47,104 bases of DNA from a virus (IMGVR_UViG_3300048865_000016:1-47104); one strand, 5' to 3'; positions 8,552-17,393 are shown, counted from the stretch's first letter. A program made the numbers and translations. Notes: a model not told the origin generated them from the sequence alone.

Positions 8552-9283
8552 ATGGAAATCACAAAACGTCTTCGTCTTCTTTTAGAACATCGAGGCGTAC
8601 CGCCCGAAAGGCATACAAGGGTACTGGCTGACGCAGCTGGTGTAAGTCTCCCGGCAGTACGAAATTGGTTCTCAGGCGATATTGGAAACATCAGAAATGA
8701 AAACTTAATAGCCATCGCTAAAGAATTCAAAACAACTACGGATTGGCTACTAATGGGTAAGGGTCTGATGAATGACCCAACAGTCCCAATTATTCGGTTT
8801 GAAGGTGGAGATCAAACCGGAAAGAAACAAAAAAGATCAGAAGAAAAAATTCTCATACATATACAAAAATTCGACTTGTCGAACTGCGTTGACACCAAGA
8901 ACCGCTGGCTAGACAGTGACCCTGTTTCGTTTGAAGGTTTGATCGTCACGCCAGAGTGGCTTAAAAAGAAATGTTCTTTTTATACATCAATTGACAATCT
9001 GGCTATTGTTAGCGCGTTTGATGAGTCAATGACACCAACCTTTACGGCGGGTGATGCACTTTTAATTGATCGTGGTATCACGTCAGTTGAGAGGGATGGG
9101 CTGTATTTATTTGTTTTTAATCAAAAGATATATATTAAAAGGCTTCAATTGTTGCCGGATAATAATATAAGGGTAATTAGCGATAACAGCCTATATCACC
9201 ATTTTGACGTTATAGAAGATGATCAATATCGCCTTGAAATCAAAGGTCGAATTGTCCTGATTCTGGGCGTTGACGGAGTGTGA
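8552..9283 (+). CDS. cI: CI-like repressor (XRE HTH + S24 autopeptidase)
   Basis: HTH 'LADAAGVSLPAVRNWFSG', S24 'ESMTPTF..GD..LID..IKRL'; ATG lies just after a TATTGT -10 (leaderless, like lambda pRM). Confidence 0.92.
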   Translation: MEITKRLRLLLEHRGVPPERHTRVLADAAGVSLPAVRNWFSGDIGNIRNENLIAIAKEFKTTTDWLLMGKGLMNDPTVPIIRFEGGDQTGKKQKRSEEKILIHIQKFDLSNCVDTKNRWLDSDPVSFEGLIVTPEWLKKKCSFYTSIDNLAIVSAFDESMTPTFTAGDALLIDRGITSVERDGLYLFVFNQKIYIKRLQLLPDNNIRVISDNSLYHHFDVIEDDQYRLEIKGRIVLILGVDGV

Positions 9284-9325
9284 TCCAGTACCACTAATGC
9301 GCAAAATGCTGCACATTTGAGCGTG

Positions 9326-9353
9326 AAAAACCTGCCTTTTGGCGGGTTTTTTT
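9326..9353 (+). terminator. Intrinsic terminator after cI
   Basis: AAAAACCTGCC-TTTT-GGCGGGTTTTTTT. Confidence 0.85.
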
Positions 9354-9367
9354 ATGTCTAAAGGTGT

Positions 9368-9418
9368 GTATCAGATGATACTTTCTCGCTAGACAAAAGT
9401 CTGCTTTCTCACTACAAA
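9368..9418 (+). promoter_or_regulatory. pL/OL-like promoter-operator
   Basis: TAGACA-17-TACAAA with operator AAAAGTCTGCTTTC in the spacer; palindrome GTATCAGATGATAC upstream. Confidence 0.55.
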
Positions 9419-9437
9419 CTCCATCAGGCATTCATGA

Positions 9438-9758
9438 GTGCAGCAGATGAGAGAGTTTTTGCAGACTGACGTGGGTAAGGCCTGGCTTGATGACAGCCTC
9501 GACCGCCTTCTAAACGGGTTGCCTGTCTTACTGGCACTAGGAGATCACTCCAGGAGCCAGACTGTATTCAGGTTGACGATTGATCTTGAGATCGCAGCCT
9601 TGCCGTGTCCCTCTCGAAAGCTCACTGTTTCCAATATGCGAATCAGGGGAAAGCTTACTTTTCCGTCACGCAAACACGACCGGATCAGGGCAAGAACAGT
9701 AGCAGGCTATCTGCTGCAGGAGCTAGCGCCCTTGGCCGAGATGCAGGAACAAGCATGA
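9438..9758 (+). CDS. Hypothetical early protein
   Basis: 106 aa, first ORF after pL, ATGA overlap with the next gene. Confidence 0.55.
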   Translation: MQQMREFLQTDVGKAWLDDSLDRLLNGLPVLLALGDHSRSQTVFRLTIDLEIAALPCPSRKLTVSNMRIRGKLTFPSRKHDRIRARTVAGYLLQELAPLAEMQEQA

Positions 9759-9901
9759 CTCGGGTCAACAGGCGCCGTTTGCTTCTTGTCCGTCGCGGCC
9801 TGGCGGGAGCGTTCTTTTACGTGATCATCCTTGCGTCGATGGGACTGGCAGACCGCCTCACTCATGAGCCTCCTCATCAACCGCTTAATCAAAATGGATG
9901 A
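9755..9901 (+). CDS. Small early membrane peptide
   Basis: 48 aa 'MTRVNRRRLLLVRRGLAGAFFYVIILASMGLADRLT': Arg-rich start plus one TM. Confidence 0.7.
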   Translation: MTRVNRRRLLLVRRGLAGAFFYVIILASMGLADRLTHEPPHQPLNQNG

Positions 9902-10265
9902 CGACATGGCCAGTGGAAGCCCATATCAGTCCTGCGCCAGCAGTGACTCCCCAACCCTCATGTCTGGTCAGACACCAGACGATCCGATCCTTGCGGAAGT
10001 CTACCGCCGCGGCGCAGGCATCTTTATGGATGTGCGCCGGCTTGAAGACGGCATCATTGTGGCTATAGGCCCCCGGCTACACAGCATGGCTATCTATATC
10101 GGCATGGATCTCTTTGGCTTTGACCGGTGCTACAGCTTTGACCGCGCCGCTGAGGCAATCAAGGCTTATCACACGCTCAGGACAGGCCGGGACGTACCGG
10201 TTGGCCATCGTTCCGTTCTGCATCCAGCAAGGAGTCCGTCATGGCAAAGATCTACGGATTCATAA
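9831..10265 (+). CDS. Hypothetical protein (true start probably further downstream)
   Basis: ORF track; globular-looking C-terminal part. Confidence 0.55.
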   Translation: MRRWDWQTASLMSLLINRLIKMDDDMASGSPYQSCASSDSPTLMSGQTPDDPILAEVYRRGAGIFMDVRRLEDGIIVAIGPRLHSMAIYIGMDLFGFDRCYSFDRAAEAIKAYHTLRTGRDVPVGHRSVLHPARSPSWQRSTDS

Positions 10266-10513
10266 ACGGCGGCAGCGCCGTAAATCTTTGGGTAGTAGCG
10301 TTGGCGGAAGATGGCCATGTCCTTGCTGAGCATGTAAGCAGTTCAGTCAGCTGGGCCAAGCATGACATAGGCATTGGATCCACGTGGAAGCACGAGGTGT
10401 ACGACCAGCACTACGGATCCGGCAACTGGGAGCTGGAATGGATTGAGGACACTCATCTCAACCCTGCCTTCCAGGAGGCGCTGCTGCGTAATGAGCGCCT
10501 GCCCAAGACCTGA
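10241..10513 (+). CDS. Hypothetical phage protein
   Basis: 90 aa, AAGGAG RBS. Confidence 0.75.
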   Translation: MAKIYGFINGGSAVNLWVVALAEDGHVLAEHVSSSVSWAKHDIGIGSTWKHEVYDQHYGSGNWELEWIEDTHLNPAFQEALLRNERLPKT

Positions 10514-10522
10514 CGGAGGCAA

Positions 10523-10780
10523 GTGATGAGCCTGAAATGCTACCAGGTACACGACCATGATTTTTACGCGGCTGAAAGCGCAGAGCACGCCTTGCAACTG
10601 CATCAGCGCATGTATGAAGGAACAGATGAAGAGGCAAGCCTGAATGATGTCTGGGAAGTCTCCGATAGCCTCCTTGACACGACTTGGTCAGACCCAGGAA
10701 ACCCAGGCCAAACAACTGGATCTTTGCGCGAGTGGCTCTCAAAAGTAAATGAGCCTGGCTGGATTGCTGGTACCGAGTGA
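10523..10780 (+). CDS. Hypothetical acidic phage protein
   Basis: 85 aa, GGAGG RBS. Confidence 0.75.
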   Translation: MMSLKCYQVHDHDFYAAESAEHALQLHQRMYEGTDEEASLNDVWEVSDSLLDTTWSDPGNPGQTTGSLREWLSKVNEPGWIAGTE

Positions 10781-10805
10781 TGCAGATCTAAATCAAGGAG
10801 TAACT

Positions 10806-11033
10806 ATGAAAGACTCATACTTGATGTACGCAGTCTATAACTCACCCAATTTGTACCCAGGCCATTACGTGGCCAAGCAGTGGGTCTGCGACCTCAGCCC
10901 GGTACCCAAGGCCAGCGGCATCGTGTTCTTGGGTAAAAGCCTCGAGCAAGTGCGCCAGCAGCTGCCTGCTGGCATGAACCGGATAACGCTGAATCCAGAC
11001 AACGATCCGTGCTTTGTTGAGATGTGGATTTAG
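10806..11033 (+). CDS. Hypothetical phage protein
   Basis: 75 aa, AAGGAG RBS. Confidence 0.75.
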   Translation: MKDSYLMYAVYNSPNLYPGHYVAKQWVCDLSPVPKASGIVFLGKSLEQVRQQLPAGMNRITLNPDNDPCFVEMWI

Positions 11034-11041
11034 GAGCCGGT

Positions 11042-11401
11042 ATGCCTACTTATTATCACGGCGGCCGACCCGGCATGATTGTTGGTCAGTTCATCCTACC
11101 GCCATCTATTACCGGCGCCAGCTCCTCGGCCGAGTGGGGAGCAAGTGAAGTTTGCCGGCGCGATCGCGTTTATATCACCACCAGTTTTGAGGCTGCCTGC
11201 CTGTACGCAGGCCTCTACCCAGACAAGCGCGGTGGCCAGGTCTACGTCGTCACGCCTTTGACTGAGCTCGAACCCGATCCGGACTACGAGGACGAAGGCC
11301 TTTCCTATGCCGTCGAGCGTGCCCGGATCGACCGTGTACGCAAGCTTTCACCTAATGAGATTGGCCAGATACGGCTGATCATCGCGGAGAAACTAGGATG
11401 A
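11042..11401 (+). CDS. Arr-like ADP-ribosyltransferase-fold protein
   Basis: 'YYHGG..VGQFILP..VYITTS..A.LYA..VYVVTP..LEPDPD..SY' parallels the Arr motifs. Confidence 0.7.
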   Translation: MPTYYHGGRPGMIVGQFILPPSITGASSSAEWGASEVCRRDRVYITTSFEAACLYAGLYPDKRGGQVYVVTPLTELEPDPDYEDEGLSYAVERARIDRVRKLSPNEIGQIRLIIAEKLG

Positions 11402-11901
11402 GCGAACCCTCAGCGCTGCCCTGCCCTTTCTGTGGCGGGGAGGTGGACCCAATTGGATGGCTCGACGGCCATGGTGAGAGAGGCCCCGAATGTGATGGCT
11501 GCGGTGCAACGGCGCCGTCGATGGAGGTGTGGCAGCAGCGCCAGCTCCAGCCAGTGCAGCTGCAGTTCCCAACGGTGCTACGCAAGATGTGGAGCGGTGG
11601 CGATGTCCAGGAGTGGCTCGAGGCCCAAGGCAACATTTACAGGCTGGCCTCCAAACCAGATGAGCCAGTAGCACCAGCACCAGGCAGTGACGTGTTATCC
11701 CTGCCGCCTGATCTGAAAATGGTCCTCTGTGACGATGAAGTTCACGTGATCAATCTGGATGCCCGCCTGAGTCATTGTGGCTGGGTCATGCGTCGGCATC
11801 CAGCTGGCGGACTCGTCTCTGTTAGACAGGCCACGGTTGCCGAGATCATGCAGGCCAAGACGAGGCTCAAGCTCAATATGAACTTGTATAGAGAGGAATA
11901 G
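11398..11901 (+). CDS. Lar-family restriction-alleviation zinc ribbon fused to further domains
   Basis: 'LPCPFCGG..ECDGCGA..W' N-terminus. Confidence 0.7.
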   Translation: MSEPSALPCPFCGGEVDPIGWLDGHGERGPECDGCGATAPSMEVWQQRQLQPVQLQFPTVLRKMWSGGDVQEWLEAQGNIYRLASKPDEPVAPAPGSDVLSLPPDLKMVLCDDEVHVINLDARLSHCGWVMRRHPAGGLVSVRQATVAEIMQAKTRLKLNMNLYREE

Positions 11902-11906
11902 CCGTC

Positions 11907-12284
11907 ATGAGTCAGTTCAAACGGGAAAATCGCTACATCGTTATCAAACGCATGGATGTGGAGCGAGTTCCGCCTGTCTTGGCAAGAGAACTATGGCTCA
12001 CCCTCAATTCCCTTTATTCGCACATTACTCAAAGACAGTACTTGGTTATCGAAAGCGACTGGCCAGAGTACGAGCCTGCATGGCAGATGATTCAGAATCG
12101 CATGGAAGGGAATGCCCCTCAGACACAGAGTGAGATTGAGCGGCTGAAGAATGAATTGAAGATAGCTGAGGAATTACTCAAAGGATGCCTGGAGGCCAAC
12201 ATACAAGGGTGGCATGCAGTAAGGATTGAGTCTTTCCTAGAACACCTAGCCAAGCAGGACCAGCTGCCAAAGGAGGAAGGATAA
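11907..12284 (+). CDS. Hypothetical phage protein
   Basis: 'FKRENRYIVIK..VIESDWPEYEPAW.MI..R' motif typical of temperate phage early genes. Confidence 0.75.
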   Translation: MSQFKRENRYIVIKRMDVERVPPVLARELWLTLNSLYSHITQRQYLVIESDWPEYEPAWQMIQNRMEGNAPQTQSEIERLKNELKIAEELLKGCLEANIQGWHAVRIESFLEHLAKQDQLPKEEG

Positions 12285-12286
12285 TC

Positions 12287-12511
12287 TTGACTGACCTTTC
12301 AGTGAGAATGGGAGTGCTGGCGCCAAGCCTGGTGGAGCAGCTCAAACCCTATGGACTCAAGCTGAACCATGTAAAGCAACTGCAGGATCTCAACCAGGCC
12401 ATCACACGGTTGTATCTTGCGGAAGTACTTACCGAGTCTGAGAAGGAACGCGCCCGCAAGCGGCTCATCAAGCGCATCACTAATGCTGTGAAGGAGATAA
12501 AAAGACAATGA
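12287..12511 (+). CDS. Hypothetical phage protein
   Basis: 74 aa, operon-coupled. Confidence 0.7.
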   Translation: MTDLSVRMGVLAPSLVEQLKPYGLKLNHVKQLQDLNQAITRLYLAEVLTESEKERARKRLIKRITNAVKEIKRQ

Positions 12512-12759
12512 CCCCAGAAGAGCGCTCTACCCTAATCGATCGCCTGGACAGATCCTTTCGCGTGATGCCTATCTGGGCTCAGGCAGCCTGCAAGCATTCA
12601 ATGGCTGCGCCAGAGGTCAACCCAGAAACAGGCGAGCCTTTCACTAGCTTTCGGGAGGTCATCAGCCTGGCCGCGGACGAAACCTTGGAGACACTAAGGG
12701 ATGACTTCGAGAGCAATGGAGATCTGCTTCCAGAGGAGACCCTCTCCAGCCAAACCTGA
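12508..12759 (+). CDS. Hypothetical phage protein
   Basis: 83 aa, ATGA overlap. Confidence 0.7.
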   Translation: MTPEERSTLIDRLDRSFRVMPIWAQAACKHSMAAPEVNPETGEPFTSFREVISLAADETLETLRDDFESNGDLLPEETLSSQT

Positions 12760-12824
12760 TTAGGCTTAGCACTTAAAACGTCAGCGGGGCTCCAACTGCA
12801 GGACATACGTCAGAGCCCACGCTA

Positions 12825-12932
12825 ATGCTCAAGAAACCGAAGAATCCAATTACCCTTATGGAAGTCGTCGCCTGGGGAATTGCCGCTGGATTCATCTATA
12901 TGTACTACTTGATATATACAGGGCAGTACTAA
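12825..12932 (+). CDS. 35-aa single-TM peptide (below ORF-track cutoff)
   Basis: MLKKPKNPITLMEVVAWGIAAGFIYMYYLIYTGQY, translated by hand. Confidence 0.4.
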   Translation: MLKKPKNPITLMEVVAWGIAAGFIYMYYLIYTGQY

Positions 12933-12940
12933 TAGATTCG

Positions 12941-13010
12941 ATGCATTGCAAGTGTAGGATCAGTGTAGACCCTGCACCATTTATACATTAAATATACATC
13001 GACCATACAT
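12941..13010. repeat. Centromere/operator-like array upstream of parA
   Basis: RTRYAY-like hexamers at 12941, 12952, 12963 | 12972, 12983, 12994, 13005 (11-bp period, 9-bp central step). Confidence 0.7.
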
Positions 13011-13066
13011 CTATCATGATGATAGTATGCTTCCCACACATCAACCAGATGCCACGGGAGGCGTCC

Positions 13067-13738
13067 ATGATTGTGCAAGTTGCCCACGTTAAAGGTGGGA
13101 TTGGAAAGTCCACGCTTGCCCTCAACCTTGCGGTGAGTCGAGCGCGGCAAGGGCGCAAAGTCTGGCTGATCGATGCCGACCGACGTCCCTCCTCTATCAA
13201 AGCATTAACCCTACGCAATGACTCAGGCGTAGAGCCTGGAATCATTGTCGGCCATTACCCAGACGGCAAAGAGCTAAGGACTCAGGTCAAGCTGCAGCGC
13301 GACATGTTTGATGACATCGTTATCGACTCTGGCGGCCAAGACTCTTCGAGCATTCGTGCAGCCCTGCTATTGGCAGATGTTCTACTGATTCCGAACTCGG
13401 TTGCTGCAGTTGAGACCTGGGCTCTTGAAGAGATGCATGCACTGCTCGAGGAAGCCTTGAGCGTGCGCGACGACGATCTGCGTGTTCATTGCATCCTCAA
13501 CAATGCCAAGCCCGGTTTCTCGAACGCTCGCAACCTGAGCGCTCAGCGAGTCGTGCAGCATTTCCCACTCTTCCCCCAGGATGACCTGGTGATCGTCAAG
13601 CGCGATGCGTTTGCCGATGCGTTCGGCCTTGGCCTGTGCGTGGATGAGCTGGAAAAGCCCGACCCGAAAGCAAGCGCCGAACTGAAAGCCCTTATGAAGT
13701 TGATCTACGGAGATGACCATGGCACAACAGCGGCCTAA
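13067..13738 (+). CDS. parA: ParA/ParF-type Walker-A partition ATPase (type Ib)
   Basis: 'KGGIGKST', 'LIDAD', 'IVIDSGG'; short, no N-terminal HTH. Confidence 0.95.
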   Translation: MIVQVAHVKGGIGKSTLALNLAVSRARQGRKVWLIDADRRPSSIKALTLRNDSGVEPGIIVGHYPDGKELRTQVKLQRDMFDDIVIDSGGQDSSSIRAALLLADVLLIPNSVAAVETWALEEMHALLEEALSVRDDDLRVHCILNNAKPGFSNARNLSAQRVVQHFPLFPQDDLVIVKRDAFADAFGLGLCVDELEKPDPKASAELKALMKLIYGDDHGTTAA

Positions 13739-13985
13739 CAACCTGCCCCCAAGCATGCGCAAGAAACCAGAAGCCGACAACGCAGCTGCGGAAGCCTTCG
13801 TTGAAGCAGCGCCAGATGCGGGCACCAAGAAGCCGGCCAAGAAGAAGCAGCCGGTCACAATGCTTTATCCAGTTGAGCTGCTCGAGCAGATCGACAAATG
13901 CGCGGCGCGCCGGCACATGACACGGACAACGTATGTGCAGCAGGTGCTTCGAGAAGAGATAGAGCGAGTGGCCAGCCAGAGCTGA
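13713..13985 (+). CDS. Ribbon-helix-helix centromere-binding protein (ParG-like)
   Basis: Flexible N-terminus 'AAEAFVEAAPD' and RHH 'PVTMLYPVELLEQIDKCAARRHMTRTTYV'; overlaps parA. Confidence 0.85.
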   Translation: MTMAQQRPNNLPPSMRKKPEADNAAAEAFVEAAPDAGTKKPAKKKQPVTMLYPVELLEQIDKCAARRHMTRTTYVQQVLREEIERVASQS

Positions 13986-14069
13986 ACCAGATGATATAGA
14001 AGGTGGCCAGCGGGGTGTTCGAGACCCCACTGGCCAGCAACACACAAAGACCCTGCGAGAGGTTTTCAT

Positions 14070-14219
14070 ATGTCACATGCGGATCATACCGTAGTACTCA
14101 ACACGTCTATAAAAAAAGTTTCTGATATGCCGTACTGGGTCCTGGCCAACTATCTGGCCAGCCTTCCGCCCAGGTTCAGGATCGTGCTGCTGGCTCACTT
14201 GGCGAGAGGTCGAGCATGA
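14070..14219 (+). CDS. 49-aa hypothetical peptide
   Basis: GAGAGG RBS; ATGA overlap with the next ORF; translated by hand. Confidence 0.45.
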   Translation: MSHADHTVVLNTSIKKVSDMPYWVLANYLASLPPRFRIVLLAHLARGRA

Positions 14220-14377
14220 GCCAGGAGACGATTGCAGAGATGAGCCGGCTGCTTGCAGCGGCCAGAGTATATGTCGAACTCTATGCCTGCCGTACCGATA
14301 GCACAGCAGCGCAGGATCTCGCGGCCAGGATCGCTGCAGTACTCAGTAAAGAGCAGAGTAAGGCGAAGATAGACTAA
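14216..14377 (+). CDS. 53-aa hypothetical peptide
   Basis: GAGAGG RBS; MSQETIAEMSRLLAAARVYVELYACR. Confidence 0.5.
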   Translation: MSQETIAEMSRLLAAARVYVELYACRTDSTAAQDLAARIAAVLSKEQSKAKID

Positions 14378-14396
14378 GCCTTAATAGGCAATTTTA

Positions 14397-14477
14397 ATGC
14401 ATGGTTAGTGTACGATAGATATATGTTTGATTTATGCAATACATCTATCGTACATTAGTCATGCATTTATCATGCAT
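14397..14477. repeat. Centromere-like array 2
   Basis: Hexamers at 14397, 14408, 14419, 14430 | 14439, 14450, 14461, 14472. Confidence 0.75.
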
Positions 14478-14568
14478 TTCAATAAGCAACGCCATCTTCC
14501 TCTCTTGCGACTGCGCTCAAAGCAGCCCTATCGATTAAACCGTCCATTCTTGAATTCAGGTGACATAT

Positions 14569-14937
14569 ATGAAGTGCCGTATATGCGAGTTGCACTATTG
14601 TCCAGATGTTGAGGAAGACATTGCCAAGCACAAAGCTATTCATGAGAAGTTAGCGCGAGGCGCTCAGCCGTTAATCATCCGTGACATTGCTAAACAGCTC
14701 GGCTGGGACATAGCACACCGTAATCCGACCTTATCGATTGACGACTATCGACCAGAGGTTGGCAAACTGCTGGTCATTTACAGTTATTGGAGCCGAGCAA
14801 TTCAGTATGGGATTGATAAGAAGGAGTTCGATGCCTTCATGAATGCCCATCTAGCACTGGTTGACGCACGCGTAAGCTACAAAGGTTTGGAGGAGGCAAG
14901 CAAAGGTGTAAAGCGATGGGAGTGCTTTACAGGATAG
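14569..14937 (+). CDS. C2H2-like zinc-finger hypothetical protein
   Basis: 'CRICELHYCP..D...HKAIH' N-terminus. Confidence 0.7.
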   Translation: MKCRICELHYCPDVEEDIAKHKAIHEKLARGAQPLIIRDIAKQLGWDIAHRNPTLSIDDYRPEVGKLLVIYSYWSRAIQYGIDKKEFDAFMNAHLALVDARVSYKGLEEASKGVKRWECFTG

Positions 14938-14978
14938 GCTAGAGGACCTTAAAAGACCTATTACCAAGGGATGTAATC

Positions 14979-15602
14979 ATGCCATACGTTCATCGGTACG
15001 AAGCAGTTTTGGTGAAGAGGCGTGTCTGCAGTAACGAGTCATTCTGGCCATACCTAAGCGAAGCATTAGCATTAAAGCTTTACAGAGCTTCCATGTATCA
15101 AGGCTTTAATGCTTCTCGGGTAATCGATGAGATAGCACTTCTCGAGGGAGCTACTCTGTCAAGGCACACGAACACTAAGCCAGCATCTCAATTTAGAGGC
15201 CCTCACCTTGGTAGGTTCTGGCACAAGCACTGGACTGATACAGCCTTTATTAACCAGAACCTGACCGTCCAGTGGTTTGGCCCGCATGCTCAAAAGAACA
15301 AAATTCTCAGAAAAGAAATCGAAAAGGTCTGCAAGGCTCTTGGCAAGAGTTCAGTGGATGATTTGTCCATAGCTGAGTGTTGGGAGCTCGCCAATAAGCT
15401 TTCCCATTCTGTTGTACGGGATGGGTACGAGAGCCGCAGGAGTAGAAAAGCTCTAACAGGTGAGTGGCTTATCTACTACAACCACAACGGTCAGAACTAC
15501 TACCTAGACATCGCTGTGCATTGCAGCCGAAAGGATGAGCCTGCGCTCCTGGAGCGGCTGCGTGCTGATTGTGAATGGGAGTTTCCATTTGCGTTTAGCT
15601 GA
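14979..15602 (+). CDS. Hypothetical protein, possible RelE/YafO-like RNase effector
   Basis: 207 aa; 'FWHKHW' and C-terminal 'LTGEWLIY..NYYLDIAVH' beta-meander ending in His. Confidence 0.5.
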   Translation: MPYVHRYEAVLVKRRVCSNESFWPYLSEALALKLYRASMYQGFNASRVIDEIALLEGATLSRHTNTKPASQFRGPHLGRFWHKHWTDTAFINQNLTVQWFGPHAQKNKILRKEIEKVCKALGKSSVDDLSIAECWELANKLSHSVVRDGYESRRSRKALTGEWLIYYNHNGQNYYLDIAVHCSRKDEPALLERLRADCEWEFPFAFS

Positions 15603-15679
15603 TCTGCTCTATGTTTGTATGTAATACACAAACATAAGATGTGTGTTTGTGTTTTGAAAGACAAACAAGGGAGCACGCA

Positions 15680-15949
15680 ATGCCTTGCTATACCCTTTAC
15701 GACCAGGACCGCAAACCGGTAGGCCACATCTGTGGCAAGCTTGGTCAGCACTGCGTTGAGTGCGGAGCTGTCGGTACTAATCTTTGTGATTATGTAGTTG
15801 GGAAGCGGAGCAAGACGTGTGATCGGCCATTGTGCGACTACCACGCGCGGGAGGTTGGTCCGGATCGGCACTACTGCGCGGAGCACTATTCCTTGTCACA
15901 GGAGGCGGGAGAGCAGTTTAGGCTGGAAGGATTCGATGCACATGACTGA
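15680..15949 (+). CDS. Cys-rich zinc-finger protein
   Basis: CVEC, CDY, CDRPLCDYH and CAEH motifs; GGGAG RBS. Confidence 0.75.
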   Translation: MPCYTLYDQDRKPVGHICGKLGQHCVECGAVGTNLCDYVVGKRSKTCDRPLCDYHAREVGPDRHYCAEHYSLSQEAGEQFRLEGFDAHD

Positions 15950-15987
15950 TATCTGATCGGTGTATACTGAATGTATACTAGATGCAT
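15949..15987. repeat. Half centromere-like array
   Basis: Hexamers at 15949, 15960, 15971, 15982; stops at the PIN gene stop codon. Confidence 0.6.
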
Positions 15988-15990
15988 AAC

Positions 15991-16518
15991 TTAAGACTTA
16001 GGATTCCAGTAATCTTCATCCTGGTCCGCATCGTACTGAAGTGAGTGCTGACGTAATGCGTCTGGTATCTCCAGATCTGCTATGCGTAAAGCGTTGAGTC
16101 CTAGCTTCTTCGCTTCATCTCGCATGCCCTCATCGTTCGTAAGAAGCAGACGGGCATTGTTCACCTTGGCGATTGCGATGATCTGCCAGTCAACTTTTAC
16201 AGCCTGGCGCGCCCTTTTCTCACTGCCTTGCTTCTTCCGCTCGGCTCTACCCGCATGCGACACCTGTACGGTTTCAAACGCTGCCCGCATGTCATAAGGA
16301 AGGAATTTGAAGGCAGCTGTCTTGAGAATAGCCTGGCTTTTCTCAAGCTCCTGGGGAGAGGCTTCATCCAGGAACTCAGCCCAGACCTGGGCAGGTATCC
16401 CAATCGGCTCACGCTTACGCTTGAGCTCATCGACGAGGCCTTGCATGCGGAGCTGGTCAACCTGACCGAGGCGCCGGCCAAAATACAGTGCGAGGATGTT
16501 GGTGTCCCAAATTACCAA
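15991..16518 (-). CDS. PIN-domain ribonuclease
   Basis: 'IWDTNIL..VWAEFL..VDWQIIAIA..LLTNDEG' acidic tetrad. Confidence 0.88.
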   Translation of the reverse strand: MVIWDTNILALYFGRRLGQVDQLRMQGLVDELKRKREPIGIPAQVWAEFLDEASPQELEKSQAILKTAAFKFLPYDMRAAFETVQVSHAGRAERKKQGSEKRARQAVKVDWQIIAIAKVNNARLLLTNDEGMRDEAKKLGLNALRIADLEIPDALRQHSLQYDADQDEDYWNPKS

Positions 16519-17259
16519 TTAATGCCCCTTCCGAATCCCTGCACAGCGTTCCTCAATATCAGGAACTTCACGCCAGCCATTAGCTAACTGGGTCATCTGC
16601 GCGTAAGCGTCATCCCAGTCATTAGAAAGCGGAGCAAAAGATTTCACGGTCAGCTGGATCAGCATCCAAACACCATCACCGCTGCGGCGCCACTTGCCTC
16701 TTCCCGAAACCTCAATAGGATCTCCGAGATAATGAGCTGATATCTCCTTGGCCAGCTCCTCTCCTCGGATAGTACAGGGGTACTCCACGCCATCCGTATC
16801 GATAAGCAGCATCGGGATGGTTTCGTCCTTGCCACCAATCTTGATAACCCTCCCAGTGACGGTGGACTCATCATCAACAATGAGGTCATCAACAGGCTCG
16901 GTTTTTTTACCGCCATGGAAAGGATAGATCACAGCGTCGTCAGGATTTTTCAACTCAGCTTTCTTGCCATCCTGAATCAGTAACTTGTTTATATGCTCGA
17001 GAGCGTTAAGCGCTTCTCTCGGAGCCTTGTTGCTTTTAGCAATAGCCAAGGTTATGCGCTTGGAGACAGCAAGCGCCACTTCAGGCTCAGCCCATACTCG
17101 TAAGGAAGCACTTCCTTTGACCACTCGATCAAAATGAATGTGCTCTTTCTCACCCATGAGATCCGCCAGCTCCGACAAATACAGAGCCAGCCGATCGAGC
17201 GGGAGTCTGTTAGGCGATGAGCCAATGATTCTGAACGTATAGGTGTGGGGCTTCTTCAT
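16519..17259 (-). CDS. 246-aa partner of the PIN protein (unknown function)
   Basis: Directly abuts the PIN gene; C-terminal beta-rich, OB-like region. Confidence 0.8.
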   Translation of the reverse strand: MKKPHTYTFRIIGSSPNRLPLDRLALYLSELADLMGEKEHIHFDRVVKGSASLRVWAEPEVALAVSKRITLAIAKSNKAPREALNALEHINKLLIQDGKKAELKNPDDAVIYPFHGGKKTEPVDDLIVDDESTVTGRVIKIGGKDETIPMLLIDTDGVEYPCTIRGEELAKEISAHYLGDPIEVSGRGKWRRSGDGVWMLIQLTVKSFAPLSNDWDDAYAQMTQLANGWREVPDIEERCAGIRKGH

Positions 17260-17393
17260 AGGCGAGAGTCTAGTCTTGCTCTCCGAGACGGGCCAATGAG
17301 CAATATCTATGTTCTCGGGGATCTCGAGATGAATTCTGCATGGCTTGAGAATCTCGGTCTCTAGCTGAGAAAGGAGAATTTATCTTCAAATAA

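Noticed and set aside
11042-11401. Rifampicin resistance gene arr
   Set aside because: Only fold-level motifs are shared; the typical Arr C-terminal signature (PGNPTRSYR) is absent and the context is a phage early operon
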